Assembly: GCA_030704615.1 (NCBI GenBank)
Contig: CM060732.1
Coordinates: 44,578,001 to 44,642,000, forward strand
DNA: 64,000 bases
DNA from: Takakia lepidozioides
Lineage: Eukaryota > Plantae > Bryophyta
Direction: 5' to 3'
Shown here: positions 1 through 13,268 of the stretch, piece by piece
Numbering within the stretch: position 1 is the first letter of the stretch
Layout of the letters: the number at the start of each line of letters is the position of its first letter
The notes under the pieces: generated by a model
The model's database searches: none
Seen by the model: only the letters and a program-made list of their open reading frames with translations
What the model was told of the DNA's origin: nothing
Translations under genes and position numbers: made by a program

Positions 1-2944
1 GGAACCAGCCACTGTGAGTTTACAGGATGAAGTGGTGACTGGTTGGACAATCACAGCTGATGAGCAGGTGAGAGAAGTGAATATGGGAACTGAAGAGGAA
101 CCGAGGATGGTGAAGGTAGGGGCTGATTTGGAGCCAGAATTCTTTGAGGAAGCTAAAAGTTTATTCATCAAATACAGAGATATGTATTTGCTTGGAGCTA
201 CGAGGATCTAAAAGGGATACCACCTGAGATCTGTCAGCATAAGATTGAACTGGAACCAGGGTCAGTACCAATCAAACAGGCAAGGTACAGAATGAATCCC
301 AACTATGCACAGAAGGTTGGAGAAGAGATCAAGAAGTTGAATGAGGCTAAGTTTATATACCCAATAGAGTATACAACTTGGTTGTCAATCCATTGTAATA
401 GTTCCCAAGAAGAATGGTAAACTGAGAGTTTGTGTGAACTATAAGAGGTTGAATGCTTGCACGAAGAAAGATCATTTTCCCTTGCCATTCACAGAAGCGG
501 TACTGGACACTGTGGCAGGCCATGAGATGTACTCATTCATGGATGGCTTCAGTGGTTATAATCAAGTGCAAGTGGCAGAAGAAGACCAGGGAAATACAGC
601 TTTCATCACAGACTGGGGTACTTATGCATACAAAGTCATGCCTTTTGGACTTTGTAATGCACCAGCAACCTTTCAGAGAGTGATAAGTGAATCTTTTCAT
701 GAGTATCTGGATGATTTCATGCAGGTGTTCTTAGATGATTTCAGTGTACAGCTCTAAGAATGAGCCACTTGCATAAATTGGAGTTATGTTTGGCCAGATG
801 CAGGATGAGAGGTCTGGGCCTGAATCCAGAGAAGTGTACTTTCTGTGTGAACTCAGGGGTGCTTTTGGGACACATGTGTGTAAGAGGGGACTCCTGTGGA
901 TCCCAGGAAGACAGAGGCCATTAAAGCCTCTCCACCACCAGTAAATGTTAGAGTCTAAGAAGATTCCTTGGACAAACCAGTTATTACAGAAGATTTGTCA
1001 AAAGGTATGCACAGATAGCAGCTCCATTGAGCAAGCTTCTGAAGAAAGATTGCAGTATTTGCATGGACAGCTGAATGTCAACAGGCTTTGAGGAACTTAC
1101 ATTGTCAGTAACAACTAAACCTATGCTGATTAACCCTCACCTGGCATGTAGTATTTCATGTTCACTGTGATGCCTCAGGAGAAGCGTTGGGAGCGGGGTT
1201 AGCCCAAAATGTTACAGGAAATATACTATGCTAGCAGGTTGATGAACAGTGCTGAAATGAACTATAGCACAACTGAAAGAGAAGCACTGGCAATGATTTA
1301 TGCAGTCAAGAAATTCAGGGCATTACCTATTGGGAAGAAAGAAAGTTTATGTTTATGTGGATCACCAGGCTCTGATATATCTGGTGAACAAACCTTTGAT
1401 AAGTGGAAGGATAGCAAGTGGTTAATAATCTTGCACGAGTTTGAGTTCGAAGTTGTTTACAAGCCTGGCCGTTTGCATTGTGGCAGATCATTTGTCACGC
1501 CTAACAACAGGAGAGTCCGCCACAGAAGTAGACGACCAATTACCTGATGCGAGTTTATTTGCAATGGAGGTGCAGGGAAGTGCAGATGAATGGTTAAATT
1601 GGCAGTGGCCAATCAGATACTACCTTACTCATGGTCAGTGCCCACCTAGTTATGGTAAGGAGCAGAGGAAAGAGAATCGCTATCAAGGCTTTACCTTATA
1701 CTATGGTAAGGGGCAATAAAGTATAAGCTAGGACCTGATGGAGTACTAAACGATGCTTGTACCACCATGAAGTAAATAAAGTTTTGGAGGAAGTTCATAA
1801 AGGAGTGGCTGGAGTCATTTGGAGAAGAGACTACCAGTAGGAAGATACTACTTGCAGGTTACGGGTGGCCTACTTTGTTCAAAGATGTACACAAGTATTG
1901 TCAGAGTTGTGATGAAGGTCAGAGGCTAGGACCTTTGCAAAGATCTGGGAAGATGGCTTTGCATCCTACGAGCCTACTGAAACCATTTCAGAAATGGGGA
2001 TTAGACTTTGTTGGACCAATTAACCCACGGCCAATAATACACAGAACAAGTACATAATTACAGCCACTGATTATACTACGAAGTGGAGTGGAAGCTAAAA
2101 CTCTGAGGGACAACACAGCCAAGTCCACAGCAAGGTTCCTGTATAAGAACATACTTACACGATTTGGCTGTCCCTTGGAATTTATCAGTGACCAGGGAAG
2201 TCACTTCATTAATGAGACCATTGAATTGTTGACTAAAGAGTTCATGATTGTGCATAGGAAGAGTACAACGTATTACCCACAGGGTAATGGGCAGGAGAGA
2301 AGAGGCTACCAACAAAATACTATGTACTATCTTGGCTAAGATAGTCAATGCAAACAGAACGGATTGGGATACAAAGCTGCTGACAGCTTTGTGGTCATAC
2401 CTGACTTCATATAAAGTCACCACTAAGTATACACCATTCCAATTAGTTTATGGTATGGAAGCTTTACTTCCAATGGAGATTCTTGTTACCTACCATGAGA
2501 ACTGAATGGGGAAAGAGAATGGAATTGGAAGATTCAATTAAGGTCAGGAAAAAAGTACGTGTTGATGCAGCTGATAACATGACCAGAATTCAGATGAAGA
2601 TGAAGGAACAGTTTGATGAAGGCAAATTAAAGACTTTTAAGATGGGAGATTTGGTTCTCTGGTTGCAAAAGAAGGGGAAGATTAAAGCTTCTAAGCTTAA
2701 ATCACCATGGAATGGACCTTATGTCATACAGAAGATGTATGATAACAACACAGCCATGTTACAAACCATTAACAAAGAGATGCTGGGAAGAGTCAATGCC
2801 AATAAGTTGAAGGGGTACAGTGGTATCCATGACAAACCATTGCAGCACGATTTGCATGTTGAAACGCAAAAGCAGTCACGGGCTGCACCAGGGATACCAA
2901 CGGAGTATGGAGCACTTGTCGCTAAGCCGAGTGTATATGACTAG
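1..2944 (+). pseudogene. pol: Gypsy pol (RT-RNaseH-integrase), many frameshifts and stops
   Basis: ORF fragments 14-211, 434-757, 1209-1547, 1441-1719, 1875-2057, 2088-2505 and 2450-2944 carry consecutive pol motifs in shifting frames. Confidence 0.9.
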
Positions 2945-2969
2945 GGCGGGAACTACAGGTGTTCGCATA

Positions 2970-3127
2970 CCTATCACAGCCCATCACAGCGTGACATAGC
3001 CTATCACAACCCATCACAGTGTCACACAGCCTATCACAGCCCATCACAGCGTGACACAGCCTATCACAGTCCACAACAGTGCCACACAGCCTGTCACAGC
3101 CCAACACAGCCCATACAGGTTACACAG
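2970..3127 (+). repeat. Tandem minisatellite (~10-bp CACAGC-core units, ~30-bp higher-order period) just after pol
   Basis: cctatcacagcccatcacagcgtgacacag-like units repeated ~5 times. Confidence 0.85.
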
Positions 3128-3889
3128 TCCATAGGGTCCGTGACAGGTGGACACGAATTAACATTAGAAAAGTGGCCATCAAGTGAAGAAAAAGTTTGGA
3201 AGTCAAACTTGGAGAATGTGCCACGCGGAGAGGGGAAGTCGGGGGCATGTTTAGAAACGGACACGTGGCCGCTAAGGCGAAGCTGCATCGATTGCAAAAG
3301 TGAGTTTCATCATGCAAGAGGACAAATCGGGCCGTCAAAGTACCTACCCGGTACAGCAGCTAATACTAATTGTGGGCCCATTAATGCATTCAGTGCCAGG
3401 GTAACGGAACCCTTTTCGAGTTCAGAAAAGGGAAACCTATACCACATGTGCTGTCCTACTGGACATTCCAGGTGGAAATGTCCATGGAGGGGGGTGGAAT
3501 TAAGGAATTATCTAAGCAGTCCACAGCCAATCAGGAGTGAGAATTACATGCAGGTGGTTCCCTCCAAGAAACAAGAACAAGAAATAGGAAGTGTTATGAG
3601 CGGAAGAGTCGGAGTGGCTCTGAATAGCCAAGCTCTCGACGGAAGGGGCAATCAAAGCACTAGCCTGGTAGCTATGGCAGATGTAACCGATTACACACTC
3701 GCTTTACTTCTCACGCAGTGGCGCAAGGACGGACGCATTGAGAGTATATTTTCTCTAATTCGTTACTTGCAAGCCCCACAGGCTTACACGCACTTACTTA
3801 TTCAATTCTGTGCCAACCATACCTTCATGCTCTGTGCCTTGCAAGCTTTCCTTCAGCTGTTTCAAACAAAGCCTTTTTGTTTGTCTAGA

Positions 3890-6800
3890 ATGAAGAGAGT
3901 GAGGGGAATGGAGGATATCAGGATGAAGAGCACCACGATACTGCAGAAGCAAACAATTGCAGCACCGCAGGCAGTACAGCTGCTAAGGGAGTTGCGATTG
4001 GAGGGGCTGCTACGCAAGGACTGGTAGGGAATTTGTTCCAAGAAGGGAGTTTCCTTAAAACTCAAGGTTACGCTTGTGCCAAAGCCGAGTACCCAGGGCT
4101 TAGGGAAGTTGGCCAAATATTGAACGTTCTGTTTGCCATGAAACAGAACCAACAAATTTTGAGCAGGTCATTCACAGAGGAGATCCTGAAAGCTTTGAAA
4201 GGAGAGGATGTCGCTTGGGCGGAGTTAATGTACAATGGACTGGTGGACGAGATGAAGAGGTTACAGGGCACTGCTGCTAAGTCTCCGATCATTGTGTCTG
4301 GTCCAGTCATTGCCCAAATAATTCTTGATTCTTGCATACTTGATACTCGGGAACGTAAGGAGATAGGAGTGTTTGAGGCAGAAACCACTGCAATTGAAGA
4401 GCAGGGCTCTTCACATAGTGAGGGTGGACTGGCAGGGCAACACCAGTCTAAGAGACAGAGGCGGGGTATGACTGTAGTGGCGGATCCACTGGCTTCACGA
4501 AAACCGCACGATAATGTTTTCCCAAGCTCTTGTGCAGATGGGCACAACACACAGAGAGCTGCTATTATTGGAAGCACGGCCTTTAGAGATGGAAGAGGAA
4601 GTCAATTCGATACCACAACCACCACAACCAATTGACTCAGATGTTTTGGAGGTTCCACAGTTACTACATGCTGTGACTTCACCCCCAATTGCTCTGGAAG
4701 GAAAGGTTTTCCCACTACAGAGCAGGTTGTGGCCGAAATTGAGAAGGGTGACCTTCTCTATGAAAACTCTGGTTTGGTAAGGGAATCAGTAATTCCAGAG
4801 GTGCAGCGGTTGTCCAGAGAAAACCCTGTTGTGCATGTAATACCCACAGCTGTGATGGAGGTACCAGGGGTAGAATATCAAGACACTGCAGCACTTGTGG
4901 CGGATGAGGTGGTTCAGGAAGAAAATCTGGTGGGGCAATGGCCTGAATGGTTGGTGAGGCATCACACTGTGGAGGATCAGGAGAACACAGCAAGCTCACC
5001 ATGATGACCCTCAGCAGCCATGCTTATGAGTTCCATAAGCAGAACACTTAATTTGTTGGGCACTTATGTGAAATCCCATGTTCCATCTACCCAATTGGCA
5101 GCTTTGAGGGAGGAACTCGGGAAGGAGTTTGAGGCTTGAATTGCCACTGAGTGTACTAACAAGGTAGATGAGGAGGTCAATCTCAAGTTACAACAAGAGT
5201 TGGAGGACACAAAGGCTGCTTTGCAGTTGGCCAAGGGACATCTGATTGAAGCCGGCCTCGAGCAGGACCAGTTGCATGAAGCACATAAGCAACAGTTATA
5301 CCAAATGCAGGTGAAGCATGAGGAAAAGTTGCACGAAGTGAATGTACTACATACAGAGTTGCAGGCAGTACATGAGAGATAACCATACAATGTGCTACAC
5401 TCACAACTACTCTTGAGTAAACTGCATTAGAAGTTAACAGACAAGGGGAGAGATGTATGAAGGCAGAGGCAGAAATAATCGAGCAGGCGAAACTCATTGT
5501 TGATATGAAGAATAAAATCTGTCGCAATGAGAATACTTTCAAGCAATACAGACAGGTTGAGGCTGACAAAGAGAGGTACATCCTGGAGTTGCAACAAACA
5601 GTCATGGTCAATAGAAATGAACTCTATGTGGCTAACAAGGCTTGGAAGGAAGCCAATAATCTGGCTGCTGCCTATGCGAGTTTGGTTGAACCTCATGCAA
5701 AGCGCATGGAGGCTTTACAGCAGCAGTTAGATGTGTACAGGCTCACAGAGGAGCAGACTCTCAGGGGTGCCACACACGACTTGGTGGATAACCACCTTAT
5801 GCAAGTCTGGTTAACACAAGGGCCAGTGGAAGGTAAAGCACCACGGAAGCTCACCTAGGGCGAGATGAATGAGCTCAGACTGCAGGTGCAGAACATTGCC
5901 ACAACTACTATAGACAATGTCTATAGTAGAATAGTGGAGTTATAGGAGGATGTAGAAGGCCTGCAGACTCAGGTGGATGACCTGAGTTCAAATATTGACA
6001 AGAGAGTCTTTGTACCTGAGGAGCAGCTGATGGCTACTTATTTACAGGCCAGAACTCTATTTTTTCAGTCTTCTTCGCAAGGGGTGCAGGAGATGCCAGT
6101 GGTAGAAGGGCCAGTGGTACCAATACCACAACAAGTGACTGTGCAGGTAGCTGACCCTGTTGTTACTACAGCCACACCACAGCCTGAGGTATGGGGGGAT
6201 GCTGCTTTTAACCCACCTAAGACACCTACTGCATGGGAGTACAGTCAAGCTATGATTATGCCCTTCAACCAAATTCCCATTGTATTGGATTTGGCTTGGA
6301 AGGAATTTAGTCCTCCACAGTCGTTGGCTCATTACTACCAGATCATGCGCATTTGGCTGCCAGTGGCAACTAGGACTAAGGTTCTTCCGAACAATCGACC
6401 CATTGAGGATCATCACTTTGCGAGGTACTGGTCTGAAACAGGTACCATGTTGAAGGAATTAATTGCCTTCCAAGTTGTACATGGGTACATTTATACCAAA
6501 ACCAAAGAGGTATCAAGTATTGTCATGGGCTGTGGATTATACTATGCTGCTTGTTTTCTGGCACGTTATCACATTGAGCAGCAGAGGATGCAATCGCGAT
6601 TTCTGAGTTATTCCAGTGGGGATCATTGGGTCTTACCTTCAGTGCCACCTCATATGTACCTATATGATGCAAAAGTTATGATGCAGAAGGATTCCCAACT
6701 TCGTTCATGGTTTCATTCGGCTTGGAACAATTTGATAACACAGAAATTCGGCCCTGAGGATATTTTCTTTAAGGGACATGAGGCATGGAAATACTTGCAC

Positions 6801-7226
6801 TGTTCCCAAGTCATTGGCACACCTCTTACCTATACAGATAAGGAGTTCAAGACGTTCACTAATTCTGCGTGCCAGCGCTTACAACAAGTTGTACAATTTA
6901 AACTTCCAGATATGGTTGGACAACATTGTATGCCACACATGATTCCACTTAAAGTTCGGCCGTTAAAACACCTAAGGGGAGACGAGGATTCTGATACTAC
7001 TATTTCTTCAGCGGACTCTTTTGACATGACAAAGGACTATGCACTTCAGATGGCAGAGAAGAAACAACGGGGATCTCCTATACCTGAGAGGTTACCTCGT
7101 TATCAGCCAAAGAAGGGTCAGACATTTCAAGGTAGTGCTCAATCATCTCCGTCAACCAGTGACAAGCCTCGGGCTCGCACACGGAGTCCTTCACGAGACT
7201 CTCACCGTCAGAAGGATGCTCGCTAA
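3890..7226 (+). pseudogene. Extra (non gag/pol) sense ORF region of element A: N-terminal domain, coiled coil, 417-aa C-terminal ORF; function unknown
   Basis: ORF pieces 3890-4027, 4033-4635, 4729-5004, 5200-5382, 5457-5858 and 5973-7226 lie between integrase and the PPT, separated by stops and frameshifts. The 5.1-5.9 kb segment is E/Q/L heptad-rich. Confidence 0.6.
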
Positions 7227-7292
7227 CAAAGGTTTGCTCATCCCAAAAAGTAAACCGCGAGGACACGGCTTTTTGAGAGGGGGAGGAGTAAA

Positions 7293-8286
7293 TGTTAGAG
7301 GGCTGCTTGGGACTTAGACGCTTTTACGGGTTCTGTGGGGTACCCTTAATTTTTGCGCAGACTGAGACCAACAGGAACCTTAGGGGTGGCAGCAGCAGGC
7401 TTTAGGGGGGTTACACAGCCCGACACAGCTTTACACAGCCGTCACAGCCAGTCACAGCCCGACACCTCGCAGATATTCTGGAATGCTCGGAGCCTTAGCT
7501 GCCCCTCCAAGAAGGGCCATAAGGTTTGCATTAGAAAATTATCATGGCGGGCCTCTGCAGAACAACTTCTCCAAGGCACAGCCGACACAGTCGACACAGC
7601 CAGTCACAGCCCGACACAGCCTTATACAGCCAGTCACAGCTCGGCACAGCTTGACACGGCCTGTCACAGTACATGGGGAACAGTTATCATTGACAGGGAA
7701 CGACTGTGAGGGAACGACATCTGCAGAAGGAACGTGTTACTACAGGGATGACGGTTAATTAGTTAGGTGGTTAGAACAACTTGCGGGTAGATAAGGAGGG
7801 GGGCAACGGAAAGAATGACACTTCAAGGGGAGCGCTTTTGGGTTATGCATGAGAAGAGATCAGGCGGGGAGCAAGAAGGAGGAAAGATGAACAGTAGATG
7901 CTTATTTACCTGCAGAGCTGTAGTGATACGGTAGGGCAGATTAGAGTCACCATGGCATTGGCCTGATACCTGATAAATCATAATCTGATATTTATTCGAT
8001 ACAAACACACTGTGTAGAGAGACATGAGTGAAGCTATGGAATGAATGCATGATTAACTGGAACTTAATAGATACTGAAGCAATCTGATGCTTCAGTATAC
8101 ACGGTAAGGTAAATTGATAACATGAAGGCAAGAAGGAATACAAATAGGAAGCACAACCATGATTCACTAGCTGCATGTCATGACTGATTGTTTTGAGCGG
8201 GCTGAGTGCTTAGAGATATCCAACTCTTCTATCTTGGAGTTTCCACCTCGGATAGCAAAGGGATGGGTGAGTAAAGCCGCTCAACA
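7293..8286 (+). repeat. 3' LTR of element A (~994 bp)
   Basis: Starts TGTTAG a few bases after the polypurine tract and ends TCAACA (TGTT/AACA inverted termini). It contains CACAGC repeat arrays like those at 2970-3127. The partner LTR is not in the window, so the end is inferred. Confidence 0.7.
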
Positions 8287-9859
8287 CAGACCCAGTCTAG
8301 TACCACGAGTCAGGAAGCTTAATTGAGCTGAGTGGGTGTGCCATAGGGTCTAAATTATTAGCAAATTGTTTTGGTTGGTGGAGCCACAACAAATCTTGTG
8401 TATATATGCATGAAAAAAAAACATCTTGACTTTTCAATGCTATGCTTTTAGATGGGTGTCACCTATGGATTGAATACCACACGGCGAGCTTCTGGGGGGA
8501 TCCTTCCGAGGGATTCTTTCATCTGTTTGTTGTTTCCCTTGGAAATGGCAAGGAGGAAACCTTCCCTCATTGCATTTCCCACCTCAATCCTGTTAGCAAT
8601 TAAGTGACTGTGGATAGTCGGCCAAATTTTGTCCTCCACCTGCCAAATACATTTTGGAATATTAAGCACCATCAATCCATCCTAATTTCTGCAAATCTGC
8701 AATTTCTTTTATACATATTCTAGTACTATACAAAAGTCTTGAAAAAAGAACTCTTATTGCTCTGTAGTACATGTTCCTTCCATTGGTCCTCGTTTAGGAT
8801 GAAGTTTCGAAAACTCCACCTAGCTCATTAGAGAGCTCATCTGCCACAAGCTCTCTAATCATTTCTAACGTGGTCCTATACGATATAGTAACTAGAACTT
8901 GGTTTATATGGATTTTGTTATATAAACCAATGGATTACATCAAGAAAATGTCGAAGAAAAATAATCGAGGTGTAATTTTCATTGAGATTGTTGCCGTTTA
9001 ATTTTTGGTATTCTTCGATCTATCTTCTTGATGTTATTCATACATTACCCGATCGATCTTTTCAAGTTTGTAACATATACGCATAATGTCAGCAATATAT
9101 ATCACCCGATGCCTACAAATCCAGGGATGAAAGGGTGTCTGTTTGTTGTGAGCAGGATTGTGTGAGCTCTAGCTAAGAATCTCACCATAAATCTTAAAGA
9201 GTGAATCAGTAAGGGCTTATGATTTCCATTTTCTCGGAGAATGTATTCATGGGCTGATGTTTCGGATTTACAGTGAGTGCAGATGTGGTCCTAGTCCCAT
9301 CTCCAACAGCTGGACGGATAGACATTGTGGTATCTAAAGATGTCATCAGTTGCCTGGATCTCTCCCCCGCAAAGGGTATGGAGGCCCTTAAAACTTTATT
9401 AAAGCAAGGAAAAAATAACCTTGCAAATGCCATGAAGGCTGATGAGGGAGACACTGCTCCGCGACCCAGATCAGTAAAAAAGAGATGAAGCAACATACAA
9501 GGCCTAGTAGCTGCCCCTCTTGCTATATTTCTAGCGACGACCAAACGTAGGAAGCTAGTTTAGCGTAGAGCAGGAATAGGGTGCCATAGTGCCACGTTTT
9601 CATTGCCACGTCATCGTCGCCACGTTTTGTCGCCACGTTTCGTTGTCAAATTTCATCAATCTGCCCGGACTGCCCATCTGAAAATCATCAATAGAATTTG
9701 TCGCGCAAAGTGTTTCAAGACTGCACAAACTGCCCGTTTCTTGATCTTCTTTGAAGGGGTTTCACAGGCCGATCGCGATTTGCAGATGGAGACGTTCACA
9801 GATTATGAATACACATCAGGAGCTCTCACGATGGTGGGACAACTGCAATCGCAAGGTGT

Positions 9860-12800
9860 GGCTTTTCTTAATGTATGATGTGAAGAAGTTTGTCCATCCT
9901 GCAAATGGGGGCTCTTAGTACCATGATTCGGTCTTCTTCCTTATGTTTACAAGGCTCTTGGGAGATTCAGCTTGGTCTTAGTAGGCCGTGTTTCAATCTC
10001 TGCCTGCTCAGTTGCACCGTGGTAGTTCTCACAGACCAATCCGACATTACCTGACTACAGACACAAGCAACACACACACAGGTCCTTTTGGGTTGATGGT
10101 CGGCAGGTCAAGGAAAATGTGGTGAGGGCACCTTCTTCTTCGACCTATTTCAGCCTGTTTTGCCCTCTCATCAAATTTGGCCCTGAGATGTGGGTCCAGA
10201 TTCATCCAAGAGGGCCGGATTTCAAGCTCCAAATCACCTATGATTCCCTGTGGAAGGATAACTACAAGAAACCTGCATGGGGTAGATGGTCAACTGGAAG
10301 CCGCAGCAACAGCGTTACAATTGATAAATTCAGGCACTGCTAATGAAGGCACCTTCTTCAAAACATTTCACCCTATTTTTCCCTCTTATCACAATCGGCC
10401 CTAAATTTTCATATTGAATTCTGCAAGTTAGCTGGTTGAGTGAACCTTTGATAGTTTGGAGTGACTAATGTGACAACAGGGAAGTATCCAGAAACAGGTA
10501 ACAGACATGAGGAGAGGCTGTGGAATGAATACTTTTCTGACCCCAGTCAATGGTGAGACAATGGAGGCAAAAAGTGAATGCCTGTTGGATTACAGAGAGT
10601 AGCAGATGTAATTGGGCATAGGAACTAGAGTGATAAGTTGAGTTGGGTGTTTCCTAGAGCAAATCTAGGCTGTCATTGTCAGCTGATAGCAGCAAGGCAA
10701 TGATGTATGTATGATTTGTGCAGAGGCATGGATAGCTGAAGGTGCAGGGATAGTGTGTGGGTGGACAGACTCATCCAAGAGGGCCGGACTTCAAGCTCCA
10801 GATGATCTATGATTCCTGTGGATCAATAGCTACAAGAAATTTGTGTGGGTAGATGGTCAACTGGAAACAGCAGCGGCAACAACACAATTGATAGAACAAG
10901 GACTGCTAATGAAGGCACCTTCTTCAACACATTTCACCCTGTTTTTCTCTCTTGTCAGAATCGGCCCTGATTTCCATATTGAAATCTGCAAGTTAGCTGG
11001 TTGAGTGAATCTAGTTTGGAGTGACTTTGACATGATACTGCCAATGTGATAATAGTAAAGTATCAAAAAACAGGTAACAGTGTGGATAGCAATTAGTGTG
11101 ATTGGGGTGTTCCTAGGCTGTCATTGTCAGTTGCTAGCAGCAAGGACAAAGATGAATGCATGATTTGTGTAGAGGCATGGATAGCTGAAGGAGAAGGGAT
11201 AGAGTGTGGGTCCAGATTCATCCAAGAGGGCCAGATTTCAAGCACAAGATTACGTATGATTCCCTTTGGATCAATAGCTACAAGAAACCTGCATGTGTAG
11301 ATGCAACTAAAGGCAGCAGCTGTAGCGGCTCAGTTGATAAAATCAGGCACCTCAACCATGACCACAGCTTCTGAAAGGGGATCAAGAGAGAGAGTCCACA
11401 ATGCCTCTTCTGGCACTTCTGGGCATGTGAAGATGCTTTGTGTGGCAGGCAGACTGACAGAGGCTCTAAAGACTTTAAACCCAAGGCGGCATTTCAGCAG
11501 ATTCAGATGCGTATGTCTGTCTCTTGCTTAAGTGCATCAAGATGGAAGTTTGGAAGCTGGAAAGCAGGTGCACACTCACATTATCCTAAGTTGCTCAATT
11601 TGTATGGTGTTCAACTGTTGCGGGCATCAACTTAGTAGTTTTGTAGCGACTGTTCCCACTGATAGTCAGGTGCCCGAGGAACTGAAATTTGCATTCCAGT
11701 CAAAATATTAACACAATTAGCCCCATTTTTCAAATATGGGGTTAAGGCTTCATGATGGCACTGCTAATGAAGACACCTTCTTCAACACATTTCGCCCTGT
11801 TTTCCCTCTCATCTGACTCGGCCCTAAATTTCCATGTTGAATTCTGTGAGTTAGCTGGTTGAATGAACCTTTGATAGTTTGGAGTGACTAAATTGACATG
11901 ATACTGCCAATGTGACAACAGACAACCAAGGCAAAAAGATGAATATGCCTGTTGGATTACAGAGAGTAGCAGATGCAATTAAGCCTAGGAACATTCACTT
12001 GTGTTCTCAATGCATGTGCCAAGCTAGGAAGCCTGGAAAGAGAGGGCAGCGAGTCTATGCTGACATCGTCAAAACTGGAATTGTACCAAATCATGGTGTC
12101 ACCCCGCCAGTAAAGCACTTTGGCTGCATGGTGGACCACTTGTCATTCTGGACACTGCCATGCAGTTCAACATGTGTCTACTCGATTTCATTGGAAAACC
12201 AGTAATCGACCTCGAATTATTGCACATTCTCGATTCTATTCTGCATCATTGCTAGAATGTTGTTGGAGTGTTGGCAAGGGAAGCTAATTGTCATGCCACA
12301 AGATCGAGAACAGTATGGTGATGGAAGAGTTCAAAGGGTTCTGGTGTAGACGGTGGAGCTGCTTTGGAGCTTGCAGATGAAAGGGAGTATGACTCACAGT
12401 GACGCAGCCTTGTCATGCACAAGCTTGTTTAGCCTCTTGGACATGTTGAAATATTCCTCATTGTGTAGTGTCCAATGAGCTCATAGTGACTCGCATGAAT
12501 GTTGTTGAAAGCTAAACTAGAACTCCTCCAAAAAAGAACCTGTCGCAGTTTTGATTGTGTCCGATTTTCGGGCACAAACGTCTACAGTGCTGCCATGAAG
12601 TTTTGAAAGATCTCTACAATGGTGGGACAACCGTAAAGGCAAAGTGTAGCTTTCGTAGTGTACAATGTGAAGAAGTTTGTCCGTTGTGCAAAAGTGGGTC
12701 CTTCCTGTCAGTATCATGATTTGTTCTTTGCCGTGTTGTTTACAATGTACTTGGGAGGGTCAGCTCGGTTTTGCAGGTGGTGCTTCAATCTATTGCTCCT

Positions 12801-13230
12801 CAGCTGCACCACGGTGGTCCTCAGAGACCAATCAGTTATCACCCAACTACAGACACAAACAACGCACACAAGAGGTCCTTTGGGTTGGTAGTTGGTTGAA
12901 TCCTCATTGGGTGAAAGAAAAGCTAGTTGCCTTCATGACACAAGGTCAAGGACAATGTGGTGAGGGCACCTTCTTCTTCAACACATTTCAGCCTGCTTTG
13001 TCCTCTTATCAGAATCGTCCCTAATGTTTCATGTTGAATTCTGCAAAGTTATCTCGTTGGGTGGATCTATGGTGACATGTTACTGCCAAGTTGGGAACAT
13101 GCAAATATTCAAAAACAGAAAACAGAGACGAAGAGAAGCTTTGGAACGAATATTTCTTGGACCCCAGTCAATGGTCAGACCATCGAGGCGAAAAGGTGAA
13201 TGCCTGTTAAACTACAGAGAAGTAGACAAC
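9860..13230 (+). pseudogene. Tandem array of decayed PDF-motif/PPR gene fragments
   Basis: PDF second-half exon copies (IHPRGPDFK(H/L)..YDSLW..YKKPAW) at ~10200, ~10770 and ~11217. First-half copies (EE.LWNEYF.DPSQW.D..G.K) at ~10490-10573 and ~13103-13195. PPR remnants at 11420-11590 and 11990-12140. 9860-10090 is duplicated at 12660-12885. Confidence 0.75.
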
Positions 13231-13268
13231 AAGATGCATCACAAAGCTTTCTTGGAAATTGTCATCGT

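Larger units (their letters stand above)
1..8286 (+). mobile_element. Ty3/Gypsy LTR retrotransposon A (non-chromovirus, Athila-like RT signature), 5' end outside window, decayed
   Basis: RT (KDHFPLPF, FMDGFSGYNQ, YKVMPFGLCNAPATFQR, FLDDF), RNase H (YYASR..NYSTTEREALAM) and integrase (WGLDFVGPINP, ISDQGSHF, TYYPQGNG) occur in Gypsy order. The PPT GAGAGGGGGAGGAG at ~7275-7288 precedes a TGTT...AACA LTR. Confidence 0.9.

Noticed and set aside
2970-3127. CRISPR-like array (also considered for 7411-7670 and 15795-16192)
   Set aside because: Head-to-tail degenerate minisatellites without a series of unique spacers, in a eukaryotic TE context with no cas genes.
3140-3889. N-terminal 250 codons of ORF 3140-4027 as protein
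   Set aside because: GTG start and no recognisable motifs; more likely a non-coding spacer or promoter ahead of the ATG at 3890.
8463-9544. Short ORFs 8463-8675 (-) and 9273-9488 (+) as genes
   Set aside because: No recognisable domain or splice model; cannot be supported without a database search.
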